A stretch of DNA of 64,000 nucleotides from Kudoa neothunni (taxonomy: Eukaryota > Animalia > Cnidaria). Shown here one piece after another: positions 1 through 14,180 of the stretch (the stretch's first letter is position 1; the number at the start of each line of letters is the position of its first letter). Position numbers and translations under genes: made by a program. Where the stretch lies: NCBI GenBank assembly GCA_964304625.1, contig OZ199838.1, positions 9,389,245 to 9,453,244 of the forward strand, given 5' to 3'. A model generated the notes under the pieces. It did not search any database. It saw only the letters and a list, made by a program, of their open reading frames with translations, and was not told where the DNA came from.

Positions 1-1560
1 CTGCAAATTGATTCCCAGTTCCTTTGAAAATATTCGCTCAATTTAACGTTGTTAAATAAATGAATTTTACCCACACAACTTTTATATTCGCTGTAATCAT
101 TACAATGAATCATTTTCTGTAAGCATGTTAAAACTTCTTGACAACGACCAATAGAAATTGAGAATTTATTGTTGGTAATTTGCGTAACATGAAATTTACA
201 CAGTATACTCGATGCGAGAAGAAAACTTCTTTTTAGGCATTTTATAAATTTTTTATCCTTATCGGTAACGATTGAGTTTACATTTGTTGTATACGCGCCA
301 AATGCCGAAAGAATACACAAAGTTAACTGAAAAAGCGCGAGGGAGTCAATTAGTAAATATTAACAAATGTTTAAATAGGGTGAGGGGCTCTAAATCCCGA
401 TATTGTCCGACCTTCATTTTTGACAATTCGTACCGCCGCTTTCGATGGTAAGAAGATTTCATAATGTGGTCAATGTTGAGGGGTGTATTGGTCCCACGTT
501 TCTTCACCAAATCGAAGGAACAATGCAAGAGGTGTAATTCATGGAGAAACGGGAACCAAATACTCTTTGAATAAAGAAGGACATGGTTTCCAATTCTTAC
601 CTCAACGGCCGCGGCGGGGATTCTGTTTTGGCGCCAATTCGTGGAAGGCTCGAGACCCAACAATATTGACTTGAAGCGTCGGTAACGTTTCAGTTAAAAC
701 ATCTCCAACCCATTGAATAGCCGCTTCAATCTCCTCATATAGTATACACACACGTGATGTGTGTTAGCTCAATATTATCTACCCTCGCAGATAGATATAA
801 TGGAGCTCTAAAACTATGATCACATTAGATTCAAATTTTTTTAATTAACTTGAATTAAGAAGTTTGTATGTTGCGTCTACAAACATCACCTCTGGATAAA
901 ATTGCAAAAAGGATTCCATTTATTGTCTGCAAAAAATTCCATTAACAACGTGATATTTATCATATAAAATTCTAACGTAGCAGCTATAATTCTCCCTTAA
1001 AACTTTTTCTATCGCATCTAGGTTGAAGGGGAATAAATTATTGTTTTTCTAATATTATGGATAGACTTGAGACGAACATTTTTTCCGGTTTCACGCTGAA
1101 TTTTAGACTGAATCAATTTTTATTTGCCTCTGGGCGAATCAATTTAATTAAATGTTGATCATCTAAATCAATTTTCCCGTGTTATGGTAAATATCAGTAA
1201 ATCACTTGATTTGGTTCATGATTATGAACTAACATACAAGAACGTATTTCAAGAGCAGTTTCATCGACAGAAGTCTTAAGTGATATTTTAACAGGGCAGT
1301 CTCCCCTTAAAGCTGGTTTATTTCTACTGCCACAAGATTTTGGTTTGTTTTTACCACTGAAAATACAACAGTAAGTAATCTCATAATAACATAGAGTTGG
1401 GTGGACTGATTTAGTCATTTCGTCTCACATATTCGAAATAGTTCTGGCTTGATATTTATAAAAGTTACAAAAATTTGATTTTTTTAAATCTAAAATGGCA
1501 TTATCTAGATCTTCGAAGGTGACAAATCGTGTTCCAAGTGTAAACATGTTTGAACTTAAC
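1..1560 (-). mobile_element. Mutator-like (MULE, ZSWIM3/FAR1-type) transposase pseudogene, runs off the left edge
   Basis: Minus-strand fragments: WRKY/GCM1-like finger YCCIFSG...GDCPVKISL...HNH (ORF 1194-1418), DDE-region motif YPEVMFVDATYKL (~860-898), RAPLYLSARVDN and EAAIQWVGDV. Many stops and frameshifts; termini not identified. Confidence 0.75.
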
Positions 1561-2144
1561 GCGTGCGTAGTCAAATTGTTAGGGCAGAATGCGCGCTCAA
1601 AGCATGACTCGAAGGAACCAAAAATTGTTTAATCTATTATACTTAATTCTAGTAAAATCTTTTAATATATGAAAAATAATTATCATTCCCAATACTTGTG
1701 TTGTTGTCCTTTACGCAATATATTTAAATTTAAGGAAAACTTAAGTTAAACTAATTTATAATGATGAGTAAATTTTGAGTTTAATATGTTAAGTAATTTT
1801 CGAGAAATTCACTGCTTAATTTAATACGTTAAATGAAACGTATGCGTTTTTGGTAAACAGTTGAAACCACCTAACTATATTTGTCATTATTAAATTAATT
1901 ATTTGGGAATTTAAACAAAAATGACCGAAACTAATATTAAATCAATGAAAACTCGAAACATCTCCCTCAATATGAATCAATTTTAACTTAAAGCAATTGT
2001 TATTGGTCGAAAAACAACGACTTGGTGAGGTGTCAAATTCGAAATAAACAATGACACATCATGAATACGGAATATTTGACTGCCGCATTGTAGGTGGATT
2101 CGGATTTTAACACCTTGGAGTATTACCCGCATAGCACAAATGAA

Positions 2145-3294
2145 ATGTCTCGAATAATTTTGTTTTGGGTGATATGTCTTGAGATGGTACTCATATGGAT
2201 GACACTAACTTATTTTGATGCCGAATCTCCACAGTTTATGGGCGAATTTCAAAGATATATCGTTAATGTCACTTTTCGTAGCAAATCTTCTCAATTTGAG
2301 TTCTACCAGAAATGTGTGCAGCTGAGCCACAAATCATTTTACAATGATACTCATATTGAGCCAGGAAAGATCAAATTTTTTGTTATTGTCCTCTCAAAAT
2401 CAACCAACTATGAGGAGAGGTGGGATGATTCATTTAATTTAAATCATTTTCATGCATAATTTTTAGATGTGGCATCCGTAGTGTATGGAGTCATATAAAA
2501 CTGTTACATACTCAGCACTATAAAAAGTTCCCTTTCAAAGTTAATTTCGTAGTAGCCAAAAATACCTCCATACATAATATCACTGTGCATAATCGCCTCC
2601 TACGTGAAAATGCTACGTACAAAGATTTGATCTATTTGGAAAACGTTGAAGAAAATTATAATAATCTCCCTTACAAGACTCTCCATGGATTGTATCGGAT
2701 GAGCCAAATCTTCAAAAATCTTTCATACGTTCTCAAAACTGACGATGATTGTTATGTAAATATGATAAATCTCATTGATTACATTACAACAAATGTGGGA
2801 AATACGATACATTATATGGGATCGCTGTAAGTACAATTATTTCTAATTATTTTTTACGCGAAATGGAACAAGTCATAAATTATGATATGTTTAGGCAGAA
2901 GAAAATGCCAGTAATTAGAAATAAACACCATCGTAATTATGTACCACGTGAAATTTATCCTTTTCGCCTATACCGACCTTATTGCTCTGGCGGTGGATAC
3001 ATACTCAACAGCTCTCATCTCCCTTGCTTATTGAATGCATCCCATCGTATTAAAATATTTAAGAACGAAGACGCCTACATGGGAACTCTGGCTTATCGTT
3101 GTAATATTAAACCCCAAAATAATCCTAGAATCCTCTATGGAATAATTGGAAACGTAACTCCATTTAACTTGCCTCCATGTGAAGTAAAAGATTCCCTAAT
3201 TATACATGGCATACGGAGGGACAAACAAATTCGTTTCCATACAAAAATCACACTTTATCAGCAAAATGAAACTTTGTGTAAAAAGGTTCCATAA
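2145..3294 (+). CDS. Beta-1,3-galactosyltransferase-like (GT31) type II membrane protein; exons 2145-2419, 2467-2826, 2895-3294
   Basis: N-terminal TM segment; spliced ERCGIRSVW, DLIYL..EENYNNLPYKT, KTDDDCYVN, PYCSGGGYIL, EDAYMG motifs. GT-AG introns of 47 and 68 nt restore the frame. Confidence 0.9.
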
Positions 3295-5629
3295 TTATTT
3301 TTGTGTAGAAGTAAATAGCGATAATTTTGTGCTAGATGTATTTCATTTTGTTCATGTAAAATTTTCTATTCTATGTGGATATAAACTTTATTATCCGTAA
3401 ATTTTATTATTATATAAGATATTTAAATTTTGTTTATGTTTTAATGACTTTTCATTTAAAAAATATCAGATTATTCCAATCAACATTAACTAAGTTATAT
3501 TCTACTTAATTAAATACATAACTTGGGAATTGTGCTTATTGGAATGTTCTTCATGCGAGTATTTAAAGAAATTTCAACATACGAATTCGTTTAGGAATAT
3601 AAATACCAATAATGGTTAAATTGGCTTTGGGATAAGCATGTTTGGACATACGTATGGACACGAATCTCTACAACACACGACGCCAATAAAACATATTCTA
3701 CAGAGAATTTACTTTATGTAACATTAAAGTCTTAATAAATAAAATTACACGTTTAAAGGCAAAAATATCTAAAACAACAATTTTTTTTAAATAAGATTTT
3801 AATTGGGTATTTTTTATTGCAATTTTAACACTCATTAAACTATGATTATAAACAAATAATGAATTACTACTAATATACTGCACTTTCAAATTGTGAAAAA
3901 AATCGGGTTTTCATGTTAATTTTAATTTTGGCATCATTTACTTTCAATGCGATGTTATTGATAATGAAAAATTAATATCTCGGTTCATATTAGTAAATTT
4001 TATTCTATTATTTTATGAAAAGTTTAATTTTAGGAAACTTACATATATTAAGTCCGTATTTTAAGCGGAATTATCTTTTAAACCCTTAATATTAAATTTC
4101 ATGCCAACTGAAACGTGGAATATAAAACAAAACATTTTTCTCTATTTAATATTTGAGACAATTTTGAATTCCTTGTCATTATTTACTAACTTTTTAATAT
4201 TAACTTAGGGTTCAGTTACCTCAAGTAATAATAATTTATTCTATATTATCCATGCTATAGACGAGACATTTATACAGGGATTGGAAAAAATTAATTGATT
4301 GAAGATAAATAATAAATTGCAATTTTGATAATTTTAATACGCTATAATAAAAATTCTTTTTTATTCTAATTGTTTTTATCATTGAATCCATTTATCCGTG
4401 TTATAAATTTTGCAGCATCATGTCTTTAATGACTCATAATTTTCCGATTTTCATACTTGTTTAAATTGTCATCTACATCCATTTGTCTTAACTCTCTGAA
4501 AGATATTTTATAAATAAACGATTTTTCTCTCAATCATAGAGTAAGTATATTTTGCTTTTTATACTTCATTTGGATCAGATAGTGCATCTCAGTATCTAAT
4601 ACCAGATTCACATAACCAAATTTTGATTAATGATAACAACTAATTCTTAAGTCTTCTAATATATAAAGTAATTTTGAATGTAATATAAATATTGACCAAC
4701 TTCGATTCCAATTAATATTTTAACCAAAATATTCTAACATAAACTTTTATTCTTTCTAAGTTCCTAATTGAATACGAATTTTTTAAAGATTTGTTCATCA
4801 ATTTATGCTGCTTTAAAAATCTTAAATAATCTCTTAACATTATACGGTCAATATGCACAAAATGTTCTTAATAAAAGTCTCGATTTTTTAAACAAAAATT
4901 CAAATCATCTCTTTAAATTCACATATTTGAAATATTTTCGTTTACTCTTATTATTAATTATTATTATTATTATATTACGAAGATTTATGATATTATGTAT
5001 CATTTATTATTTTCCCACGCTTTTGATCTCGATTTTATATTTGATTATTCCATAATAAACAACAATGTAAGACGAAATCAATTATAATATTGATTAATTA
5101 AGATTAAACACGTAAAAATATATTTATGAAAATATTTATTCTTATACCTAGAATAAAAATGATTAAGTGTTTATTATAAGCGTTTTCGTTAAAATAATTG
5201 GTAGTAATAAAGTTTTTTATACAATCTAGCGCTTTGCGTTATTTTATTAATTTAATTTTAGGATTCATAAAATATTTACTTGTTTTTAGAGGCAAAAATA
5301 CAGTAGTGCAGGGATACTACGCACTTTTTTGGGACAACCCTTTTAGGTGAGTAGCACCCCTATAGTACGCAGTATCGATGCTCGCGCGAGGTCGTACTTT
5401 GTATTTAAAATCACATTTTCTTTCATATATTAACGATAACTCGTAGATATTCAGACATGGTTGAATTTTAAACAAAAAACAACAAATATCGAATAAATAC
5501 ATTATAATTATTCGAAAATATGTAGATTTTTTTTAAATAGTCATCTATTTTATTATTCTTTTACGAACCGTGTCTTATTTTACAGACCAAGAAAAACTGG
5601 TTACTCACTGTATTGACCATTAACATCAC

Positions 5630-6193
5630 TTTTTTTGTTTACAAGGTAAAACCCCTGGCGCTACTCATTAAGTTGTGGAATCCTAGTTGGTCAAACCTCT
5701 TCCATTAACGCTTTAGGTATCGCAAGACGTAACATGAAACCCCGCCCCTTATCTTTATGCGGTAGTGTGTGACTTAACCCACTAAACATCCTCGTCTCAG
5801 GGCGACCACCACCCCAAAACCTATCCCTTTGTAACGCGGCAGCGACAAGCTATAGAAAACACGGTTCAACAAAACTAACCACGCCACCGACGACGAACCT
5901 CGACCATAACATAAAGGTGATGATTAATTATATTAGGTTCACTACACCCTTTAAGGACGTTGGCTCTGTGGGGTCTGCAAATTACTTGCCTTTCGATGGG
6001 TTCCGGAGATTCAAACTCCTATTCACGCTCACCCCACTCTACAGCGAGCGTACATTTTAGCCACAGCTCCCAACTATGGGATAGAGACCCACCGACACAG
6101 AAGCAGTAGTCGGACCACCGGCGGATTCAAACCCAGTACCTCATGATTCTGAGTCCGAGTGTCACTCACACCGATGTGCTATCTGACCTCGGC
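5630..6193 (-). mobile_element. tRNA-derived SINE-like element (or Pol III ncRNA) with structured body and A-rich tail
   Basis: Minus-strand head with A box TAGCACATCGG and B box GGGTTTGAATCC; GC-rich relative to flanks; ends in an A run (T run at 5630-5636 on +). No convincing TSD. Confidence 0.65.
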
Positions 6194-7330
6194 ATTACTC
6201 TTTGCATCACTCCGGTCTCCACCTTCGCAGTTAGTAACATTGCTAATTACATGGCGGTATTACTTAATAAAAATACCAATTTTGCATCATCTTTAATATC
6301 AGATCATCTTCATGGAAGTTTTGAATAACTCAGTTAGATTTTAGGGAGAAAACTAAACATCAAAACTTATTGTTATCGTATCCACAATTAAGAAAAAGAT
6401 GCGAAAAATGAGTCGAAACATTTTTATTAACATTTTTTCTTAAAGTTTTCGCTGGTTATCCATTCATATAAAAATAAATTGATACAAGAAGCTTATAAAA
6501 CTAAAATCAAATAAAGATTTTAGAGAATTATGAATAATTGTTTATGCTGAAAATAAGTCAGTTATTTTTCCAACTTTAATCCTATCTAGTTTATTCCCTT
6601 AAGAATATTATTAAAACTGTTTTTTATTCGTATAAATATATTTCGTTGACCCTAACTTACTATTATTAGACCTTAAGAATTTAATACTAATATTGCTTTG
6701 AAAATCATCACAGATTTTCAATGTTGTGGCGGATTGATTTTTTACGTTTACATTCAATATGTTATTCCAACACCAACTGAAAAAGCTTATTCATATCATT
6801 GCTAAACAGTCCTAATGACAAAATCACCAAAACAATCCAAATGAATATTATTAGCATATCTTTCTTCAAATATATGGATTAAAAATTTCATTAAATGATA
6901 TTTTGAATGAATTGAATCCAGCGGCTGGAATACAAATGATTAACAGAGTATTAGCACGATGATTATCTTGAGTTTAATTCTTAAACGGAGAAGAAACGCC
7001 ATGTTTGGAGAGATGTTTTGGTTTCGCCCAATAAATGTAAACACATCGGCGTTTTTAATTCCTAATAGAATTTTCACAGTTTTATTCTTTGTTTAGGCTA
7101 TCGGCTGCAAACGATAACCGTGTAACCACTATTTATCAGCAAAGGTTACTCCGCTCAAAGAAATTAATAGCTCAATCCTCTTAATACAACTTATGGTAAC
7201 CTAAACCTATTTAGAAGCTACACAATTATCTGTTTACTAATTTAGAATTATAAGCTGATCTCCTTTTCAGAAATTCCATCGCTGTATCATTTTAACAACC
7301 CACCCACCCACATCACAAATCATTATACAA

Positions 7331-9287
7331 ATGCACGTGACTACTTCAAACATTTTTTCAATGAAAATCAACATTGTTATCTTTTTAAAACCTGGTAGAA
7401 GCAAGCAACAATTAGACCAGCTAAAGTCCACAATTTATTCTATAATTGGGAGGAATTGTTACGCTTGCTACTCTTCAGATTATGAAGAGAAAACATTGTT
7501 AACAACGCCTTGGTATAAGGGAGCAAGATTGGCTATTCTTTGCGATATAAGCTGGCTAGAATTTTACAATTGCAAGCTTGTTTTTCAAGACTACCTCACA
7601 AACTATAGAGGAAATCTATTGATTGCTCCATTTGTGAATATGTCAAACAACGATTCTATCATTTCTCTTTCAAAGTGGATTTCAACCTTTGATAAAGATA
7701 CAAAGTCTCTTTCATTTTATTCTTCACCTCTATTGGAAGCTACGAATAATCATATGTTTAACGACGACAATAAAATCGATCAAAATAAGAATTTACGCAA
7801 ATGGAATTTAAAATCTGGTGGGGCTGTGATGTACTCATGTTGCAATCTTTTCGATAATCCCGAACAGAACGTAGCTCTCAGTAATATTATGTATAATTTT
7901 GGCTTGTCTCCAATTAACATTCCCTTTGTTGAAAATGTCAATGTTTCCTATCCGCTGACGCCTTATTATTTTTATGGAGCACTTAACGTGAGTTTCCTGG
8001 ATTGATTTGTTTATGTTTTTAAATTTGAGCTGTCTCATTTTAGGATATCTCTACTTTCTACAACCATCTGGATAATTATTTGAGAGGTAATCCCGCGGGC
8101 CGAGAGTTTATTCACAATGTGGACGACGATGAAAGAGCTTTTTTACATGCATCCAGAGGTGATGTAGTTGTAGTACCTCCTATAACTGAATATCTCCAAA
8201 AATCAAATTTTAACAGCGTTGTTTATTCCAAATTTTTAAACACCAGAAAACTGGGGCGTATTGTTCTACATTCTGATGTGGTGAGCTCAACGTTGGATAT
8301 TTTCAAAAAGTGATTTTATGTCTATCACCTCACTAATTGTTATCACATTTTAGGTGTCCTTACCTTGTATCGTGTCTACAAGATCACTATGGCTTAGCTG
8401 TGTTGGCTAGACAGCAGACTGCTGGAGTTGGAAGAAGCAGTAACAGGTGGATATCTCCTTTGGGTGGTTTGGCTATGAGTGTCACTTACAGAGTGCCCAA
8501 TGACTCACCACTTTACAGAAATCCTTCTATCATACAACATATGTTGTGTTTGGCTTTCATTATTGCTGTGAAAGAGCCCCCCGGTTTATCTGTATATCTA
8601 TTGCAAATGTAATCCTATCATAACAACCATATTTATTCTTGTAGAAGCTGCCAATACACATCAAATGGCCAAACGATATCTACTATAATGGTGAAACAAA
8701 ATTTGGGGGAATTATTGTTAACAACTACATCAAAGGAGCCAATATGGATATGGTTTTAAGTAGTGTTACATTTGTTTAAGATGTAGATAATAATTTTTTT
8801 GATTGATGGATTGGGTTAGGTTTGGGGGCCAACATATCCAACGAGGAGCCTACGATATCATTAAATACAATAATTAAAAAGGAAATCAACTCGAATGCGT
8901 ACACATTCACCATTGAGGAAGTGCTTGCTAGAACACTGAATCGATTGGAAATGCTGATAAATGCGTATAACAGTGATGTTGAACATTGTCACACTCGATT
9001 CGAACAGTTTTATCTTAAGCATCTTTTGAAATAGTAATCATTTGACTGGTTATTTATAAGCACAAATTAATTTGAATAAATATAGCGGAAAAGAGATCGA
9101 TGTGGTCGACCCTAGAGTTGACGATCCTTCAACAAATTATCCCATCAGAAGAAAGGGCATCATTAGAGGAATTAACGAGTATGGTTACCTCAAAGTCCTT
9201 CTGGTTGATACCAGTGAAATCATGACGGTCCAGCCTGATGGCAACCGTTTCGATGTAACTGAAAACCCCACTATATTTATTTCTTGA
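7331..9287 (+). CDS. HLCS: Holocarboxylase synthetase / biotin-protein ligase; introns 7988-8043, 8310-8353, 8592-8644, 8760-8819, 9034-9085
   Basis: ARQQTAGVGRSSNRWISPLG, IKWPNDIY, KFGGIIV, GINEYGYLKV, VQPDGNRFD; five GT-AG introns give a continuous frame. Start codon uncertain. Confidence 0.92.
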
Positions 9288-9699
9288 TCATCCTTTATCT
9301 CTATTAACATCTTATTTTATTTCTTTTATTGGCGGCGGTTTCCCTTTCATTCTGTATAATGTTTTAATTAAATTATGATTTTTTCTGCTAAAATTATTAG
9401 TATCCCATATATTTTTGTTTTGAATACTAAAAAAATTTATTATTTCATGAAACGTATTATGAGTAAACTGATGAGTGCTTTTTATCACAGAACTTCATTT
9501 TCCTATTATCTTATTAGTTGACATAAAATGTACTTAGGGTTACAGATTTAAGCTATTATTCAGATTAGTTAAATTTTTTAGTCTACTTGAGTATTATTGG
9601 GTTTATTAGCTTTTTCCTTGCGTAATTTGTTTAAACATTTAGATATTATTTTATTATAAGTCCGTATAATTGATAAATTCTATAAGAATTATTTATTAA

Positions 9700-11530
9700 C
9701 CCTCGGAAGACGGAGCTTCAAAAACCAACCCTAGTGACGAAGGGGATGCATTATGCACCTCAGAGAATGTTCACGCTGTTGCACTCATGTGTCGGAACAC
9801 GTCATTTCATATGCTTGGTAATTGTTTTAAAATTAAAAAAACACACAAAAGTAAAAATAATTTAGCTATATAGTAAGAAACACGCATTTAACTGATAATC
9901 ATGATTCACGAAAGAAACGACAAATCAACTATATATTCAACAGGAGTATATTTCGCAACAAAACAAAACTCCGAATGAACTCTTAGAGGAGTCAATATTC
10001 AGCTTCGAAGTTTTTTTCGAAAAATTTATCGCACCGCCAGCAAACTCAGCGGTTGTAGATTACCGATTATTCTCGTTGATCCCATCGATGAATATTGAGA
10101 TTAATTTAGCAAGGATTTCTTCTTCAATCAGGCAATTAGCTTTTTAATATTATTTTCAATTGAATAATTGGATAAGAAAAAATATTCACTATTGAGACAT
10201 AGTAAAGGCAAAATGAAATCAATTACGTGCGTATACATACACCTAATTGAACGATAGTAATAGTGTTTTTGAGTTATTTGCATTATTAACTCTCACAACA
10301 TATTATGATATTGTTGACTGTTGCGTTATTAGTTAAATTGAGTTTTAACACAAAATAAAAAGTCTTCGAATAAATATCTCAATAAAAAAACTTGTATATA
10401 TTAATTATCATAATTTTGAGTAAAGTATAATTTTTTCGCCTTGTAGATTTCGTCATATTCGCCGTATAAATGTATATCCCAAAACTAGTCTGTAATTTAA
10501 ATAGATATATTGAGGTTAAATTATTTCATGAACATAAATTCGGTTTCAATTTGCGATTGGGATATTCTAAATTCTTGTTTTAATTTAATGAGAACGACAT
10601 ACAGTTTTTTGAATATTTAGGGAGAAATTCTGGTCTTTTTGTCAATATTCTTTGAATAGTGAGTGTATCTTCACTGCACTAGGATTAAAATTATTTCTTT
10701 AGAAATAGATGTTGGGTCGTCCCTGATGTATTTGTTAAATAATACAAATCTAATTTTAATATGAGAATAATGAATATTTCCTAAACTTTGACGACTCAAA
10801 ATATTTGATTTGATGAATTCCATTACAAGTTCTCGAAGAAAATATTGTCACCAATTTCGATCACTTGTTCATCACTCTGGAAGTGTTAATACATATATTA
10901 TACAAGCATTAAATGCTGGTACATCGGTAAGGTCCATAAACTTCCCGAAGTGTCATCCTCTCGTTATACAAACACAACTGTATCCTGGCGCTATTTGATC
11001 ACCATTGTCAAACCCTTTTTGGTTCGATTATAATTGCTAATAATTTCAGAGTCGTTTTTGTATGATCGCTCAATAGCATTATCATGGGAATCTGTTGACG
11101 ATCAACAAATATACGTACCTGAAAAATCCAAATAACAAAACTACAAATCGCGTGCGTCTTAAATTAATCCAAAAGTAATCTCATCGCCCATCGGACTCCA
11201 TCAAATTACGTTAAAGGTATGATTTCTTGAGTTTCCTACAGATTTTGTTTTGATTTTATTAGGTCTTATTAATGTGAAAATTAATTTTACATCGTAGACT
11301 AATTATTGCGTATCTTTTTAATGATATTCCAAGCTGACGTTAGTCCTCTTTTTAAGAGTTATATTAAGTCAATTTTCTTTCAAAGTGGATACTCTGAATT
11401 TTTTAAATAAAGCAACGAATTATATTGAGAGATTTTTCCGAGTATAAGGTCGAGATTTAATTTGAAATGGGAGAATTTTTAAAAATACAAAAATTGGGGT
11501 GCATAATGCACCCCCTTCGTCCCGGGAGAG
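9700..11530 (+). mobile_element. Decayed piggyBac-family element
   Basis: TTAA at 9696-9699 and 11531-11534; ends CCCTCGGAAGACG / (rc) CTCTCCCGGGACG; subterminal GACGAAGGGG(A/G)TGCATTATGCACC at both ends; faint SVDDQ..YVPEK remnant near 11090. Confidence 0.85.
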
Positions 11531-11802
11531 TTAAACTATTACACTAGTTCTAGGGTTCTCATCCGGAGGGAAATTTTTGCATAACAAGGTTTGTGACATA
11601 CTTCAAAATTTCGTTTAACCGACATTTCTCTGTCAGAAAATAGAATGATAATGTCAAAATAATGTAACCGTGAAGTCACTAGGATATCGTGCACAGCTCA
11701 AATTCAAAGAATAAAAAAGTACGAACAACACGCCTCTAAAAAAGACATAAGCCAAAGTAAATACGATTATAGAAAATAAATTTATATTTAATAGAGTTTA
11801 AA

Positions 11803-13970
11803 TATGGTTTAATTCGGTTCGGTTTCGGTTCTGTATTTCGGTTTTTTAAATTATTTAGAAGAAATATTCAATGATTTATAAAAAAATATAAATATAAACT
11901 ATTCATTCTTAAACATACTTTTCAAAAAAGGTTTAAAATTATCTTACAGTTTAATTAATTTAGTATTCTCTCTTTAAAAGTGGTTATAGTCTATTTATGT
12001 TAGAATTCTACATAATGCATCATAACAAATATCATTAGAATCAAACAAAAATTAATTATTTCGGTTTTCATAAATAAACACGATAGTGTCGAGTTTTGAA
12101 TCGTCCAATCTTGTTCTGAGTGGGGTTATGATGTGATTACACAAGGAAAAACATCTTTCGGAATCAATGCTCGTGGGTCTTATGTTAGAAAGGGATTTTC
12201 GAACTCTTTCTAAGCGATCCGTCATCACGCCATGGCATGCAAAATTGAGGATTTCATCTGAGTCGGTAAGTTTTAAACGCTTGGGCTCGGGAACGTAATT
12301 TATCAAATCTTCTAAGTCCAAATTAGACTCAGGGGCTTCACTTTCAATTTAATCAACTGGCTCAACAAAGTTTATCGCTTCCTCTAGCTCAAAACGTGAC
12401 GGTCTTTTGTAGAAAAAGCTTTTGTCACAGATTTTTGAATCAAAACTTAGATTCAAAAAAATGTCCGACAAAAATTGTCCGTCTTTCTTCGCAGCGCTTG
12501 ATGACGTTTTCTTTTAATTTCGATGCAATTGATCCCTCAATATGTGTGAGTTCATTTATTGCGCTTGTCAATATAAAATCACATTGCGCCAAATTAATAA
12601 CCGACTCAGACAATTTCAAGGGATGATGTTAGTTCCTTTATTGTAAATCATTCATAAAAATATTATGTAAGTAATTACATCGATGAAAATTATTTCGTCC
12701 TTGTCTACTGATAATTCCTTTTCCAGAATAGAATAAGTATGCTCTATTGCCTGGTACATTTGAACAAACTGTATCAACATTTGAAGTAAGCTGGACCAAC
12801 GTGTGACACAATCAATGTTTAGAGATAAATATTGTATTCCTTTTTCCTCACACGACTTCCTTAATGTGTCGGTAGCCAATCCAGATCTTGAAAAAAAATT
12901 GATAATTGACCTGACCCGAGAAACAACATCAAAAAAGTTGGACATAAGAACAAACTCCAGCTCATCAAATTATAATTCATCAGATTCCAGCTCTTCCGTT
13001 ATCATTCCTGTATTTTCTATCTGAAAACTATAGGTTTCTTTGTACATTGTGTCTTTAACAGCTATAAGTTAAGTTATTCTAGGAGTGTCACTTGACAACA
13101 CGATTACCCAAATTTAGGCCGTGAAGCATGCACTTTATCTGCTGAAACCCCAACTCATACGTACGTTTTGCCATGTTCGAAGCTCCATCAGTGCACATAA
13201 ATAATGAATTGACTCCAAATTTGCAGAGTTGTTTATTTATTAATGAAGCCAATTCTACACTTGTGCACCTTTCTTTCACTCTTGTTACACCAAGAAAGAT
13301 TTTTTCCCCTCAAAATAGGCTTGGATATTAAGGAAACGTTTATTTGACCTTGATGTCCACTCGTCACAACAGAGTGCAGGTCTTGAGTTTTCCACAATGA
13401 TTAATGAATTAAAAATTGCGTCATAGGACACTGGAACTTCTTTTCCACGTGCCTTTTTGAGCAGTTTTCTTAAAGTTATACTGCAGACAATTTTCCAAAT
13501 TGGAATATTGTCGACAGCAATCAGTCTCGCGGTATCTGAGTCAAGATTTGACTCCCAGAGACCTTTGTTGACAAAATTGTTAATTATGGGTTGCGTTTGA
13601 ACGATTCTAATTTTTATTTAAAAATATTAATGATGTTGAATAACTTTGATTTTAAATCAATCCTATGCGTCTTGGCATGTGAATGAAGTGTGCTCGTTGA
13701 GCCTTTTTTGCAAACAAGTACAGCATTGCACTTTTTGCATTTAGCCTTCTCATCGGCTAATTTAACAAAAAATTCCAAATAGCGCTCACCATTTTTGACC
13801 AATTTTATCACCGTTAAAACACGTGAAATTCCACAAAAATCTTATGCTCATTTAATACATTAAAAAGTTTTCTTTGTTTAGAATGCGATAAATACTTAAC
13901 AAAAAATTTAAAATCGGTTTCGGTTTTCAAATTCCGGTTTTTACAAAAACCGAACCGATCTTAAACCTTA
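11803..13970 (-). mobile_element. hAT transposon with disrupted, intron-containing transposase
   Basis: Exact 8-bp TSD AGTTTAAA (11795-11802, 13971-13978); TIR TA(T/A)GGTTTAA..TCGGTTCGGTTT; BED finger AKCKKC..STSTLHSH, DEWTS, TDGASNM, CMLHGLNL, DCVTRWSS, PTSIDSERCFS; stops and frameshifts. Confidence 0.95.
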
Positions 13971-14104
13971 AGTTTAAATAGCATAATTAGATTTAGAGTT
14001 CCAATCCATCAATAACATGAATGGAAAAAAACTTAATGAAAATTTACTATGACAATTGTAATATGTGAATTTTAAGGGATGTAATTCATTAACCACAGAT
14101 GCGC

Positions 14105-14180
14105 GATCGAGAGGAGCGCGGTATGGCATCACCGACTTTTAATGCAAATAACCCAGGTTCGAATTGCAGTTTGAGCCTTG
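14105..14180 (+). pseudogene. Degenerate tRNA-Lys(TTT)-like sequence, probably a SINE head
   Basis: Loop CTTTTAA at 14136-14142 followed by B box GGTTCGAAT at 14156-14164; stems do not pair well. Confidence 0.4.

Noticed and set aside
440-720. Tc1-like words on + strand (IEGTM, LQPIE)
   Set aside because: The minus strand fits the colinear MULE transposase better.
4300-5055. ORF 4768-5055 and a protein-looking antisense frame
   Set aside because: Low-complexity AT-rich sequence; stop density close to chance; no motif.
5300-5612. Possible pogo-type MITE starting TA|CAGTAGTGC
   Set aside because: Resembles the 48682 end but no matching right TIR found.
9468-9495. Hammerhead-like CTGATGAG...
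   Set aside because: No correctly placed CGAAA core or stems I and III.
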